Positions 45,367-54,483 of a stretch of 64,000 nt of DNA are shown one piece after another; position 1 is the stretch's first letter, and each line of letters starts with the position of its first letter. Location of the stretch: positions 7,554-71,553 of the forward strand of contig JBBSFG010000001.1 of NCBI GenBank assembly GCA_038238965.1. The letters run 5' to 3'. Under the pieces are notes generated by a model, which saw only the letters and a list, made by a program, of their open reading frames with translations, made no database searches and was not told the DNA's origin. The position numbers and the translations under genes are program-made. The stretch is from Candidatus Acidiferrales bacterium. GTDB taxonomy: Bacteria > Acidobacteriota > Terriglobia > Acidiferrales > UBA7541.

Positions 45367-46847
45367 GAACCGCGGCCCCGAAACGGCCCGGGAGCGAGCC
45401 CGCCGCCGCGAGGCGAAATATTCCTTATCAACGAATCCTGCTGGTGTGCTTTTTTCTGGCGCTGCCGGTTGTAAACCCAATCGTACATGGCGACGGAGTG
45501 GGCTACTACGCTTATGCGCGCGCCGCCTTAATACAGCACAATTTGCGTTTTGAAGAAGATTGGCGGCACGCTAACAAATATTTCGCGATTTCCAGACTTC
45601 AAGGCAACGAAGAGCTGAAACCCAATCAATACACGGTCACGGGGCATGTCGAAAATCATTTCACAGTTGGGCCCGCCATGTTATGGGCGCCATTCTTGAT
45701 TGTTGCGCATGACCTGGTTTTGACATGGAACGCCCTGGGCGGGCATATTGCAGCGGACGGGTTTTCGAAACCGTACTTGATTGCCATGGCGGTCGGAACG
45801 GCTGTTTACGGTTTTTTAGGGCTGTTATTTTCTTTCTTGCTGGCAAGGAAATATGTGCGGGATCGCTGGGCATTCCTGGCGACTATGGGAATCTGGTTAG
45901 CCAGTTCTCTGCCGGTATACATGTATTTCAATCCATCGTGGTCGCATGCCCATTCCGCATTCGCGGTGGCGTTATTCCTCTGGTACTGGGAACGAACTCG
46001 AGAATCGCGCACGATTTGGCAATGGGCTTTGCTCGGACTGGCGGGCGGGTTGATGGTGGCGGTTTATTTCCCAAATGGAGTTTTCCTCCTATTGCCGATG
46101 GTAGAGGCGTTGGTCGCTCACCACACAGCCGGTAAAACAGAGCATTGGTGGAGTGCGCAGAATCAACTGTTCGTCCGGGAAGCAGCGTTCTTATGTTCAA
46201 TCGTACTCACATTGCTGCCGACACTGATTACGCGGAGAATCATTTACGGAGGATCATTTCGATTCGGCGCATATACAGATTATCCGTGGGATTGGAAAGC
46301 GCCGCACTGGCGCGAACTGCTATTTTCCGCCAATCACGGTGCGTTGAGCTGGACGCCTATTCTGGCATTGGCTCTGGCGGGGTTGTTTGTGCCGTACGGG
46401 AAAGAAAACAGGGTAGTGGCGGGATATCTTGCCGCGGGAGCGGCCGCCTTTTATTACGTAATCGCGTGCTACCCATATTGGGACGGGATGGCCTCATTCG
46501 GGAACCGCTTTCTTATATCGCTTACGCCGGTGTTTGTCTTCGGACTTGCGGTGTTTTTTGAGCATTGCAGCAAGTATTTCCGCGACAGCGGGCGCGCATT
46601 TGTCGCTGCCGCCGGGTTGGTAGCCGCGCTATCGGCCTGGAATGCCGGGTTTATATTTCAATGGGGCGAGCACCTGGTACCTGTTCGCGGAGCAATTTCA
46701 TTCCGCGAAATGATCCACAATCAGATTTTTGTTGTGCCGCGCGATCTTGCGGGGCATCTGCGCGCGTATCTCTTCAGGCGCAAGGATGAAATGCGTGGGA
46801 TCGAAGAGCGGGACATCGATCAAATGAGAAATGCGCCGACGCTATGA
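45363..46847 (+). CDS. polytopic membrane protein, GT-C-fold-like putative glycosyltransferase
   Basis: 494 aa with about 11-12 hydrophobic helices. The first loop carries the acidic/aromatic motif HGDGVGYYAYARA. It overlaps the GT2-methyltransferase gene as ATGA. This matches the classical pairing of a polyprenyl-P-sugar synthase with a periplasm-facing GT-C transferase. Confidence 0.5.
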   Translation: MRTAAPKRPGSEPAAARRNIPYQRILLVCFFLALPVVNPIVHGDGVGYYAYARAALIQHNLRFEEDWRHANKYFAISRLQGNEELKPNQYTVTGHVENHFTVGPAMLWAPFLIVAHDLVLTWNALGGHIAADGFSKPYLIAMAVGTAVYGFLGLLFSFLLARKYVRDRWAFLATMGIWLASSLPVYMYFNPSWSHAHSAFAVALFLWYWERTRESRTIWQWALLGLAGGLMVAVYFPNGVFLLLPMVEALVAHHTAGKTEHWWSAQNQLFVREAAFLCSIVLTLLPTLITRRIIYGGSFRFGAYTDYPWDWKAPHWRELLFSANHGALSWTPILALALAGLFVPYGKENRVVAGYLAAGAAAFYYVIACYPYWDGMASFGNRFLISLTPVFVFGLAVFFEHCSKYFRDSGRAFVAAAGLVAALSAWNAGFIFQWGEHLVPVRGAISFREMIHNQIFVVPRDLAGHLRAYLFRRKDEMRGIEERDIDQMRNAPTL

Positions 46848-47004
46848 ACATGCCGGTTGCCGATGCGACGTGCACGAGCATTTGTCCTCGAGCGGATGAG
46901 AAAATCGGGTGCCGCCAAAGTCTGTCTGATACGCTGATGATAGAAGTGCCGCTCTTTTTGTGGCGGCCACGCAAAGAACTCTTGAGCATGCAGATCGAGA
47001 AAAC

Positions 47005-47883
47005 ATGGCTTCCGTGACCACTTCGCCGCCAGCTGTGCCGCCGCTTGCAGCGCCAGGCCATGCACCAACAACGGTGCGTATTGAGCCGCCGCACGGGTGG
47101 CTGGAGCTGCGGCTTGGCGAAGTGTGGCAATACCGCGAACTGCTGTATTTTTTCGTGTGGCGGGACGTCAAAATTCGATACAAACAGACGGCGATCGGCG
47201 TGGTGTGGGTGGTGCTGCAGCCGCTGCTGACCATGCTGGTGTTCACGCTGTTTTTTGGGCGGCTGGCCAAGTTGCCGTCGCTGGGTTTGCCCTATCCCAT
47301 CTTCTATTTTGCGGCTGTGGTGCCCTGGATGTATTTCGCAAGCGCGCTGCAAAATTGCACGAATGTGGTGGTCGACAATCAGCGGGTTATCACCAAGGTA
47401 TTTTTTCCGAGGCTGATTCTTCCGATTTCAGCGGTGCTTTCAGGGCTGGTCGACTTCGCTATCGGGTTTGTGGTGCTGGTGATTTTTACCTTGGCCTATG
47501 GGATTCATCCGACGCTAGCGGCGTTGTGGCTGCCAATTTTGCTGCTTCTGGCGGTGATGACTGCGTTGGGAGTGGGATTGTGGACTTCGGCGTTGAACGC
47601 GCTGTATCGCGACGTGCGCTACGTGATTCCCTTTCTGGTGCAATTCTGGATGCTGGCTTCGCCGGTGGCGTATCCGAGCGCGTTGGTGCCGGCGCGCTGG
47701 CGATGGCTGTATGGATTAAATCCAATGGCAGGCGTCATCGATGGATTTCGCTGGGCGATGACGGGCCATGGGCAAGCACCAAGCGTACTGTTGCTGGCTT
47801 CTGCGACCGGTGTAGCCTGCTTGCTGATCGGCGGACTATTTTTCTTCCAGCGGATGGAAGGCGAGATCGCCGACCGGGTGTAA
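47005..47883 (+). CDS. wzm: ABC-2-type polysaccharide/O-antigen export permease
   Basis: ...LRLGEVWQYRELLYFFVWRDVKIRYKQTAIGVVWVVLQPLLTMLVFTLFF... with 6 TM helices. The internal ATG 47005 of track ORF 46960..47883 is used. Confidence 0.85.
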   Translation: MASVTTSPPAVPPLAAPGHAPTTVRIEPPHGWLELRLGEVWQYRELLYFFVWRDVKIRYKQTAIGVVWVVLQPLLTMLVFTLFFGRLAKLPSLGLPYPIFYFAAVVPWMYFASALQNCTNVVVDNQRVITKVFFPRLILPISAVLSGLVDFAIGFVVLVIFTLAYGIHPTLAALWLPILLLLAVMTALGVGLWTSALNALYRDVRYVIPFLVQFWMLASPVAYPSALVPARWRWLYGLNPMAGVIDGFRWAMTGHGQAPSVLLLASATGVACLLIGGLFFFQRMEGEIADRV

Positions 47884-47901
47884 GGCCTCAGCGTGTTAGA
47901 A

Positions 47902-47919
47902 AGCCGGGCGCTGCCGGCT
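47902..47919. terminator. hairpin between the convergent wzm and arylsulfotransferase-like genes
   Basis: AGCCGG-gcgctg-CCGGCT (6-bp stem), with no U-tract. Confidence 0.3.
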
Positions 47920-47942
47920 TCCAGCTTCCAGCTGAAAATAAT

Positions 47943-49751
47943 TCACCATTGAACGCCAGGATACAGGCTGGGAATGCGGAAGCCACGATAGATGTTTTGG
48001 CCCGTTACGTTCATCTGCCAAACGGTTTGAGGTGGAGTGGTCTTGGTAACTTCGAAAATGTTGCCCTGAAGCGTACCTTTGTTTGTGCCTGTTGTGGTTG
48101 GTGCGCACTCGTCAAATTCCACGTTGCCGTTGGCGAGAAGGCGGGCTGATCCGCCGAAGATGGAGAACAAGGGATCCAGGTCATCCACCCATTTGATCGT
48201 TGCGGTCTTGGCGGTTTCATCCAATTCCAGGATCGGCACACGGCTTTCGCACGGGATTGTTGTTCCGCAAACCGTGCCACTGGAATCTAGGACACGTTGA
48301 TTGCCGTTGTCGAACATCAGCATCTGGAAAAGACCGGAGCTATTCGGACTGATGATATTGATATCATGCTCGGCGTAAAACCAGTCCTGAGGATCCGTGC
48401 CGCCCTGCAACGTGAAATCGCCCTGGTAGCCAAGCTTCCACAATATGTCGCCGTTGCCCTGCCCATCGTTATAATCGATTTTCACGACCCAGTCCTGATG
48501 CCGGACTGAAATGATCAAAGCCTTGTCGTCTGGGGAATAGACGATGCCGTTGGTGTGAGTCCAATCGGGAAAGAAAATGGGGTGGCGGTTCAAGTCAAGA
48601 TGGTCGAACTCTGACCATATCCATACCGGTTTGCGATTCTCATCCAGGTCGATGACAACATCACCTGTCACGTTAACAGGATTGGGAAATCCGATCAGAC
48701 CGGTCTCTGCTTTGACTTCAGCGGCGAGAACGATGATATGGCCGTTGGGTAGGGCGACGAAATCATGGTGGGTGCCTACAACCGTTATGTTGCAGCCGGG
48801 ACAGGTAGCCAATCCCAGGGCCTTGTTCAGATCGCCAACGTTCATTTTCCAGATGAGTTTTCCCGTGAGATCGACTTCGAGCAAGGTCGAGTTCGCTCCG
48901 TCGGGCGCGCCCAAGCTTACGTTCATCAGAAAATTTCCATTGGGCAGCATCTTGACAGGGTTGGCGATGAAGCCTTCAGCCAGGCCCGTATCGTAGGTCC
49001 ATATGACATCTCCAGCCAAATCTGTGACCACGACAGCGCGTTGGGCCTTGCCACCTGCCAGATCGAGCAACTCGACTCCGGCCTGCGGCGTTGCGCCTGT
49101 TGCCGTGGTGGTAACGACATTCGGCAGGTTTGCCACCGGGATGTCTCCGGTTGTGAACGAGTGATCTACGTCATCGAACTCGCTGCCGTCAGCAAACGTC
49201 AGGACGGCCCGCATATGATAAACGGTGTTGAGCCGCATACCCGCGACAAGGATGCTGACCGCACCGCCTCCGGACGGAGTGGGTTGTTGCCAGGTGGTGA
49301 GACCATAGGTCGTATCGGGACCAAACTGGATACTAACGTTTGCCGATGAGGGTGGGGTGATAGTGTACTTCGCCACCTGGACATTGGTGGTGGGACCGAC
49401 GACCCCTGCCGCGACAATGTTTACAGAAGCAGACGCCGACTTGGTAGGGTCTCGCTTGCTTGCGGCGGTAACGGTGGCTGTGGAATTGGTGGTTACGGCG
49501 GGAGCCGTGTAGTTGCCTGATGAGTCGATGGTCCCGACAGTGGAATTGCCGCCGGGCATGCCATTGACGGACCAATCTACGGACGAGCCGCCGGTGACGT
49601 TAGCAGTAAATTGTGTAACCTGCCCGGCGCCGACAACCGCCGACTGCGGAGAGACGGCGACGCTCACCACCTGTATGCCGCCTCCACCGCAACCGAAAGA
49701 GAAGACACCTATACACACCGCTACACAAACCCAAGAGAAATGTTTTCGCAT
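47943..49751 (-). CDS. lipoprotein with an Ig-like (Big_2-type) domain and an arylsulfotransferase (ASST)-family beta-propeller
   Basis: The internal ATG 49751 gives MRKHFSWVCVAVCIGVFSFGCGGGG, with a lipobox-like FGC. The Ig-like segment is VSPQSAVVGAGQVTQFTANVTGG...GNYTAP. ASST-type motifs are VVGTHHDFVALPNGHIIVLA and FFPDWTHTNGIVYSPDD. Confidence 0.72.
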   Translation of the reverse strand: MRKHFSWVCVAVCIGVFSFGCGGGGIQVVSVAVSPQSAVVGAGQVTQFTANVTGGSSVDWSVNGMPGGNSTVGTIDSSGNYTAPAVTTNSTATVTAASKRDPTKSASASVNIVAAGVVGPTTNVQVAKYTITPPSSANVSIQFGPDTTYGLTTWQQPTPSGGGAVSILVAGMRLNTVYHMRAVLTFADGSEFDDVDHSFTTGDIPVANLPNVVTTTATGATPQAGVELLDLAGGKAQRAVVVTDLAGDVIWTYDTGLAEGFIANPVKMLPNGNFLMNVSLGAPDGANSTLLEVDLTGKLIWKMNVGDLNKALGLATCPGCNITVVGTHHDFVALPNGHIIVLAAEVKAETGLIGFPNPVNVTGDVVIDLDENRKPVWIWSEFDHLDLNRHPIFFPDWTHTNGIVYSPDDKALIISVRHQDWVVKIDYNDGQGNGDILWKLGYQGDFTLQGGTDPQDWFYAEHDINIISPNSSGLFQMLMFDNGNQRVLDSSGTVCGTTIPCESRVPILELDETAKTATIKWVDDLDPLFSIFGGSARLLANGNVEFDECAPTTTGTNKGTLQGNIFEVTKTTPPQTVWQMNVTGQNIYRGFRIPSLYPGVQW

Positions 49752-49858
49752 TGTTAGAACCTGTCGACGGCCCAGACAGTAATAACACAAATACTTGAGA
49801 AAAGTCTTCCTCGCAAGGGATTCGGAGGGTATGGGCGTCCTGAATAGCATAAAATGAG

Positions 49859-51079
49859 ATGCTTATGGGTCGAGCAGCCATTGTCGGCGAAGGTTTGGGC
49901 AAGAGCTACCGGCGAGGTGTCGAGCAGAGTTCCGGCCTGAGACACTCGCTGGACCGGCTATTACGCTCGCCAATGTCCGCGTTTCGGCGGCAAAAACAGG
50001 AATCATTCTGGGCGCTGAAAGATGTGTCGGTGGAGGTAGGGGAAGGCGAGGTTCTCGGGCTGATTGGCCGAAATGGGGCTGGCAAGACCACACTCCTGAA
50101 GATCTTGTCGCGCATCACGCGGCCAACGAGTGGCTGGGCGGAGATTCATGGCCGGGTGGGCAGTTTGCTCGAAGTGGGCACTGGTTTTCATCCGGAGCTG
50201 ACGGGAAGGGAAAATACTTTCCTGAGCGGAGCGATACTGGGGATGGGCAAGAGGGAGACCTCCCGAAAATTCGACGAAATAGTAGCGTTCGCGGAGTTAG
50301 AGAAATTTATTGACACACCTGTGAAACACTATTCAAGTGGCATGTACGTGCGACTGGCGTTTGCTGTAGCCGCGCATCTGGATCCGGAAATACTCCTCGT
50401 GGATGAAGTCTTGGCGGTTGGAGACATAAACTTTCAGAAAAAATGTTTGGGAAAAATGGGGGATGTCGCGCGAGCGGGTAGAACGGTAATGTTGGTCAGC
50501 CACCAACTGAACCAGATCAGGCGATTGTGCGACCGGGTGGTCTGGGTGGAGAACGGTATGGTGGAAAAAAATGGACCCTCGCATGAAGTTGTAACCGCCT
50601 ACGAAAGTGCCATGGCCGGACGTGATCCCAGTGGAGCGGGAAGCTCGACAGGTCGATCAAACGGAGTGCGTTTCATGAAATGGGAGATCGATGAATCAGC
50701 AGCCAACGAGCCACACACCTTGACCTCCACGAGCACTGTTACCGTCAAAATCACCGTAGATATAGATCGGCCCATCAAAGCGGGATTTCATGGGATCTCG
50801 TTGCGCAACCAGGATCAACAATTGATCTGGGCATGGGCGACCAGCGAAACTCTACAGCTAGAGGCAGGCCGGCATCAATTCAGGCACATATTTCCAGCGC
50901 TTCCGATTCGACCTGGGCCGTACCAGTGGCAAGTGAGTCTGTATGAGGACGGCAGCCTTCTCGAACTGTGGGATTGCGTTCCCGAGATGAATGTAGCGAC
51001 AGAATTACATACACACCCATTGGACGAATGGACTGGAGTTCTGAATATTCCAACCCGGTTTGAGTGCAACGGAGAATAA
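49859..51079 (+). CDS. wzt: polysaccharide/O-antigen export ABC ATPase with a C-terminal glycan-binding-type extension (Wzt_C-like)
   Basis: Walker A is GRNGAGKTTLLKIL, the signature is YSSGMYVRLAFA and Walker B is ILLVDEVLAVGD. An additional beta-rich domain of about 150 aa follows residue 250. Confidence 0.87.
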   Translation: MLMGRAAIVGEGLGKSYRRGVEQSSGLRHSLDRLLRSPMSAFRRQKQESFWALKDVSVEVGEGEVLGLIGRNGAGKTTLLKILSRITRPTSGWAEIHGRVGSLLEVGTGFHPELTGRENTFLSGAILGMGKRETSRKFDEIVAFAELEKFIDTPVKHYSSGMYVRLAFAVAAHLDPEILLVDEVLAVGDINFQKKCLGKMGDVARAGRTVMLVSHQLNQIRRLCDRVVWVENGMVEKNGPSHEVVTAYESAMAGRDPSGAGSSTGRSNGVRFMKWEIDESAANEPHTLTSTSTVTVKITVDIDRPIKAGFHGISLRNQDQQLIWAWATSETLQLEAGRHQFRHIFPALPIRPGPYQWQVSLYEDGSLLELWDCVPEMNVATELHTHPLDEWTGVLNIPTRFECNGE

Positions 51080-51751
51080 ATGGTACCGCTAAGCAGCCGC
51101 GTGGCCTATAAGATTCGAAGAATGGTGAGAATGCTGGATTCCAAGGAAAGAGAATTTCGACGGGTATGGCCGTTGATCAACAGCGTAGAAGGTCATCTCG
51201 TACCTGGTCAAGAACAATGGTTGTTTAACGCGGCGGAATCTTTACCCGATGGCGCCAACATCGTCGAAATTGGTAGCTTCAAGGGCCGTTCCACGTGTTG
51301 CCTCGCCTTCGGATGTCGGGGAACCAAGAAACACATTTTCGCGGTTGATTCGTTTAACGGAAACGATTGGGATTTTGCTGAGCGTGATTTTTTCAAGGAA
51401 TTTCAACACAACATTGAGCGATGTGGTGTAGGAGGTACGGTTGAGCCGGTGGTAGGACTAAGCAGAGAGGTATCGAAGGGTTGGAATACGCCAATACAAA
51501 TGCTTTTTGTCGATGGCTCTCACCGTTACGAAGATGTCTTGGCCGACTTCGAGGGGTTTTTCCCGCATGTTACCGATGGTGGCTTGGTTGCCTTTCACGA
51601 CGTCGAAGAAGCGTGGCCTGAGGTGCATGAAGCGTGGCATAAAGTAGTGAAGGATCAGCTCACGCACAAAGGTAATTGCGGCTCCCTGGCATTTGGACGA
51701 AAACCGCCGAGTGTGGCGCAAAGGCATCAAAATTCCTTCGAAACCAACTAG
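51080..51751 (+). CDS. class I SAM-dependent methyltransferase (Methyltransf_24/CmcI-like)
   Basis: ...GANIVEIGSFKGRSTCCLA...IFAVDSFNG...MLFVDGSHRYEDVLADF...GGLVAFHD. The ATG immediately follows the wzt stop. Confidence 0.72.
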   Translation: MVPLSSRVAYKIRRMVRMLDSKEREFRRVWPLINSVEGHLVPGQEQWLFNAAESLPDGANIVEIGSFKGRSTCCLAFGCRGTKKHIFAVDSFNGNDWDFAERDFFKEFQHNIERCGVGGTVEPVVGLSREVSKGWNTPIQMLFVDGSHRYEDVLADFEGFFPHVTDGGLVAFHDVEEAWPEVHEAWHKVVKDQLTHKGNCGSLAFGRKPPSVAQRHQNSFETN

Positions 51752-51758
51752 CCCGAAG

Positions 51759-52925
51759 ATGGCAAAAGCAAGACGCCTGTTGTTCTATTCTCGCTATGCG
51801 TTTTTGCCGCAACTGTATTCTGTGTTTGAAGAGCTTTGCTCCCGGTATGGCCTTCAGGGATACGTGATTGCTCATGAGCGGACCGGCGTGCCAAAAGTCT
51901 ATTCGCCCTCTGGATATTTGACGTATGAATCGGCGGGATTGACGTCCTTACCGGCCTTTGTGACGGTGATTCCGAAAAACCTGACAGAGGAACAGAAATC
52001 CAAGCTGTTAAAAACAAAAATCCAGGAGATCAAACCGGATTTCATATGGGTTCATGAGGAACCGATTGATTTCTTCGTAAATCGGATTTTGGGCTGGTTT
52101 CGAAAGCAACACAGGCCGCGGATTGTCGTGTACCTGGCCGAGAATATCTGGCCGAGTCCGGGTGGCTACCGTGAGCGTTGGGCGAGATTTCGCCGTCGCC
52201 GTCTATGGCGCAGATATGACGGGGTGCTGGCGTGTGCAACAAAATCCGCGGAATCCATCCGCGCTTATGGAATGCCGTTGAGCGTTCCCATTTCCATCGC
52301 CTGGGTGCCAAATTTGCCGCCCCAGAGGCTAAATCAGAATGCGGAAAGATCGTTTCTGCCGGAAAAACAACCAGGTGACTTTATTCTGGGTTTTGCGGGA
52401 CGTATCACGGCTGCTAAAGGGTGGCGCGTATTATTAGCGACGCTTACGCAGCTTCCAGAGAATTTCAGGTGCCTGATCGCCGGCGGCGGGGACGAAGAGG
52501 CGGAGCTACGGCTGTGGTGTGAGGTACCAGCTTTGCGGTCACGCGTTCACTACCTCGGAGTGTTGGACAGGCCCAGCTTGTCGAGTTTCTACCAATCGCT
52601 GGACGTCTTTGTCTTGCCGTCGCTTTCCACGCCGCGTTGGACGGAACAATTTGGATTTGTACTGGCTGAAGCAATGGCATGTGGAGTACCGGTTATAGGG
52701 TCAAACAGCGGCGCCATCCCTGAGGTGATTGGCGGTTGCGGGATTGTTGTGGAGGAGAATGATTCCAAGGCGCTGTCGCAGGCAATACTTTCTCTCGCAA
52801 ACGATTTGGAGCTACGACAGCGGTATATCGCGTGCGGACGGGAGCGATTTGAGCGCGAATTCTCAGTGCCGGCCTATGCGGAGAAAGTTGCCGCGCTTCT
52901 GAGACTTGGTACTATCGAAACATGA
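51759..52925 (+). CDS. GT4-family (GT-B) glycosyltransferase
   Basis: ...LGFAGRITAAKGW...DVFVLPSLSTPRWTEQFGFVLAEAMACGVPVIGSNSGAIPEVI..., the E-x7-E region. The internal ATG 51759 lies just after the previous stop. Confidence 0.85.
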   Translation: MAKARRLLFYSRYAFLPQLYSVFEELCSRYGLQGYVIAHERTGVPKVYSPSGYLTYESAGLTSLPAFVTVIPKNLTEEQKSKLLKTKIQEIKPDFIWVHEEPIDFFVNRILGWFRKQHRPRIVVYLAENIWPSPGGYRERWARFRRRRLWRRYDGVLACATKSAESIRAYGMPLSVPISIAWVPNLPPQRLNQNAERSFLPEKQPGDFILGFAGRITAAKGWRVLLATLTQLPENFRCLIAGGGDEEAELRLWCEVPALRSRVHYLGVLDRPSLSSFYQSLDVFVLPSLSTPRWTEQFGFVLAEAMACGVPVIGSNSGAIPEVIGGCGIVVEENDSKALSQAILSLANDLELRQRYIACGRERFEREFSVPAYAEKVAALLRLGTIET

Positions 52926-53569
52926 GTTTGATGCAGCGCGTGCGTTCGCGGTTTGGGGCCGGCCGAATCGAACGTATAGTTCAGCCCTACACTCTGGTCG
53001 GACCAGAACGGATAAGAAATCTTCACACTCTGGCACTCCGAATCGAATCCGAAGGTATTCCCGGAGACGTTATCGAATGTGGTGTATGCAATGGCGGCAC
53101 GGCAGCCGTTCTGGCACGTTCGGCTACGCATTCGCGCATAAGCCGAACACTATGGCTGTTTGATTCCTTTCAAGGAATGCCGGAAACGACCGACGTGGAT
53201 GGGTTGGAAGCTCGGGAATATGTCGGCCAGGTGTTGGGCAGCGCCAAACGAGTCAAGGAATTGCTCCGCAAGGCCGGAGCCAATCTCGATCGAGTGAAAA
53301 TTGTAGAAGGCTGGTTTCAAGACACTTTTCCAAAGGTTTCTATTTCTCAAATTGCATTACTTAACATCGATGCCGACTGGTATGAGTCCGTCAAATTGTG
53401 TCTCGACACATTCTATGACCGCCTCGCACCTGGTGGGTTTGTGTCCATCGATGACTACGGCCATTGGCCAGGTTGTCGCAGAGCTGTTGACGAGTTTTTT
53501 GCCACCCGGCAACTACCGTACACTTTGCGAGAGGTCGACTATACCGCGCGATGGTTCCAGAAATTGTGA
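52922..53569 (+). CDS. TylF/MycF-family (macrocin-O-methyltransferase-like) methyltransferase
   Basis: GDVIECGVCNGGTAAVLA...LWLFDSFQGMPE...IALLNIDADWYESVKLCLDTFYDRLAPGGFVSIDDYGHWPGCRRAVDEF. Confidence 0.85.
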   Translation: MSLMQRVRSRFGAGRIERIVQPYTLVGPERIRNLHTLALRIESEGIPGDVIECGVCNGGTAAVLARSATHSRISRTLWLFDSFQGMPETTDVDGLEAREYVGQVLGSAKRVKELLRKAGANLDRVKIVEGWFQDTFPKVSISQIALLNIDADWYESVKLCLDTFYDRLAPGGFVSIDDYGHWPGCRRAVDEFFATRQLPYTLREVDYTARWFQKL

Positions 53570-54474
53570 ACGAGCAAGTATCGTGTCCGCTTTGCGGAAG
53601 CCCAAACCCCGAGACGAAGCAAGACTTCGAGAGCAACAGGATCATCGATGCGTGGCAGCAAGCCTTTCGAATGCAGGTGTCCGCTGAGTTTCACGGCATT
53701 TCGCACTTTCGACTCTTCGAATGCGATGATTGCAAACTGCAATTCTTTGAGCCCGCATCAATTGTGGGGTCTCCGGCCTTGTATGAAAGCCTCGAAAAAT
53801 TCGACTGGTATTACATCCCGCGGAAATGGGAACACGATGTTGCCTTGGAAGATCTAGAGGTCTGCAAAAATGGGGTAGAAGTTGGATGTGGATTCGGGGA
53901 ATTCGTGGCGCGGGTTGTCAAAAAAACCCCATCGACCTTTTTTGAAGGCTATGAGAAAAATCCCAGTGCGGTGCAATTTGCCCGCGAAAATGGCATTCCT
54001 GTACATCTGATGAATTTGGAAGAGTTAGCGGAATCGCATCAGGGCCAGTATGACGCAGTTTGCGCATTCCAGGTGCTTGAGCATATTGCCGATCCAAAGT
54101 CATTTATGAATGCGGCATGCAGACTACTGTGTTCGGGAGGTAGACTAATCCTCGGCCTTCCAAATGCTCAAAGCTTCCTGCGCCACCAATTCAATATTCT
54201 CGATATGCCGCCCCACCATGTGACGCGGTGGACCTCCGAGGTGCTTAAACAGGTGGAGTTGTGGTTCCCGCTGAAGATTCGCCGAATTTGTTATGAGCCG
54301 TTAGCAAACTATCACGTTGAAGTATACGTCGAAGCCTACTCAGGCATATTGTCGCACGCTGGCGTTGGTGTTGCTGCGGGGATTCGATCTCGACTGGCCC
54401 GACTTCTGCGCGCATCGGGGTTACAGCGATTCCTTCGCGGGCAAAGTATCTACGTTTGCTATGAACGGACTTAA
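53551..54474 (+). CDS. class I SAM-dependent methyltransferase with an N-terminal Cys4 zinc-ribbon
   Basis: CPLCGS...CDDCKLQF, then VEVGCGFGEF ... YDAVCAFQVLEHIADP ... GGRLILGLPN. Confidence 0.75.
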   Translation: MVPEIVNEQVSCPLCGSPNPETKQDFESNRIIDAWQQAFRMQVSAEFHGISHFRLFECDDCKLQFFEPASIVGSPALYESLEKFDWYYIPRKWEHDVALEDLEVCKNGVEVGCGFGEFVARVVKKTPSTFFEGYEKNPSAVQFARENGIPVHLMNLEELAESHQGQYDAVCAFQVLEHIADPKSFMNAACRLLCSGGRLILGLPNAQSFLRHQFNILDMPPHHVTRWTSEVLKQVELWFPLKIRRICYEPLANYHVEVYVEAYSGILSHAGVGVAAGIRSRLARLLRASGLQRFLRGQSIYVCYERT

Positions 54475-54483
54475 GATTACGTT

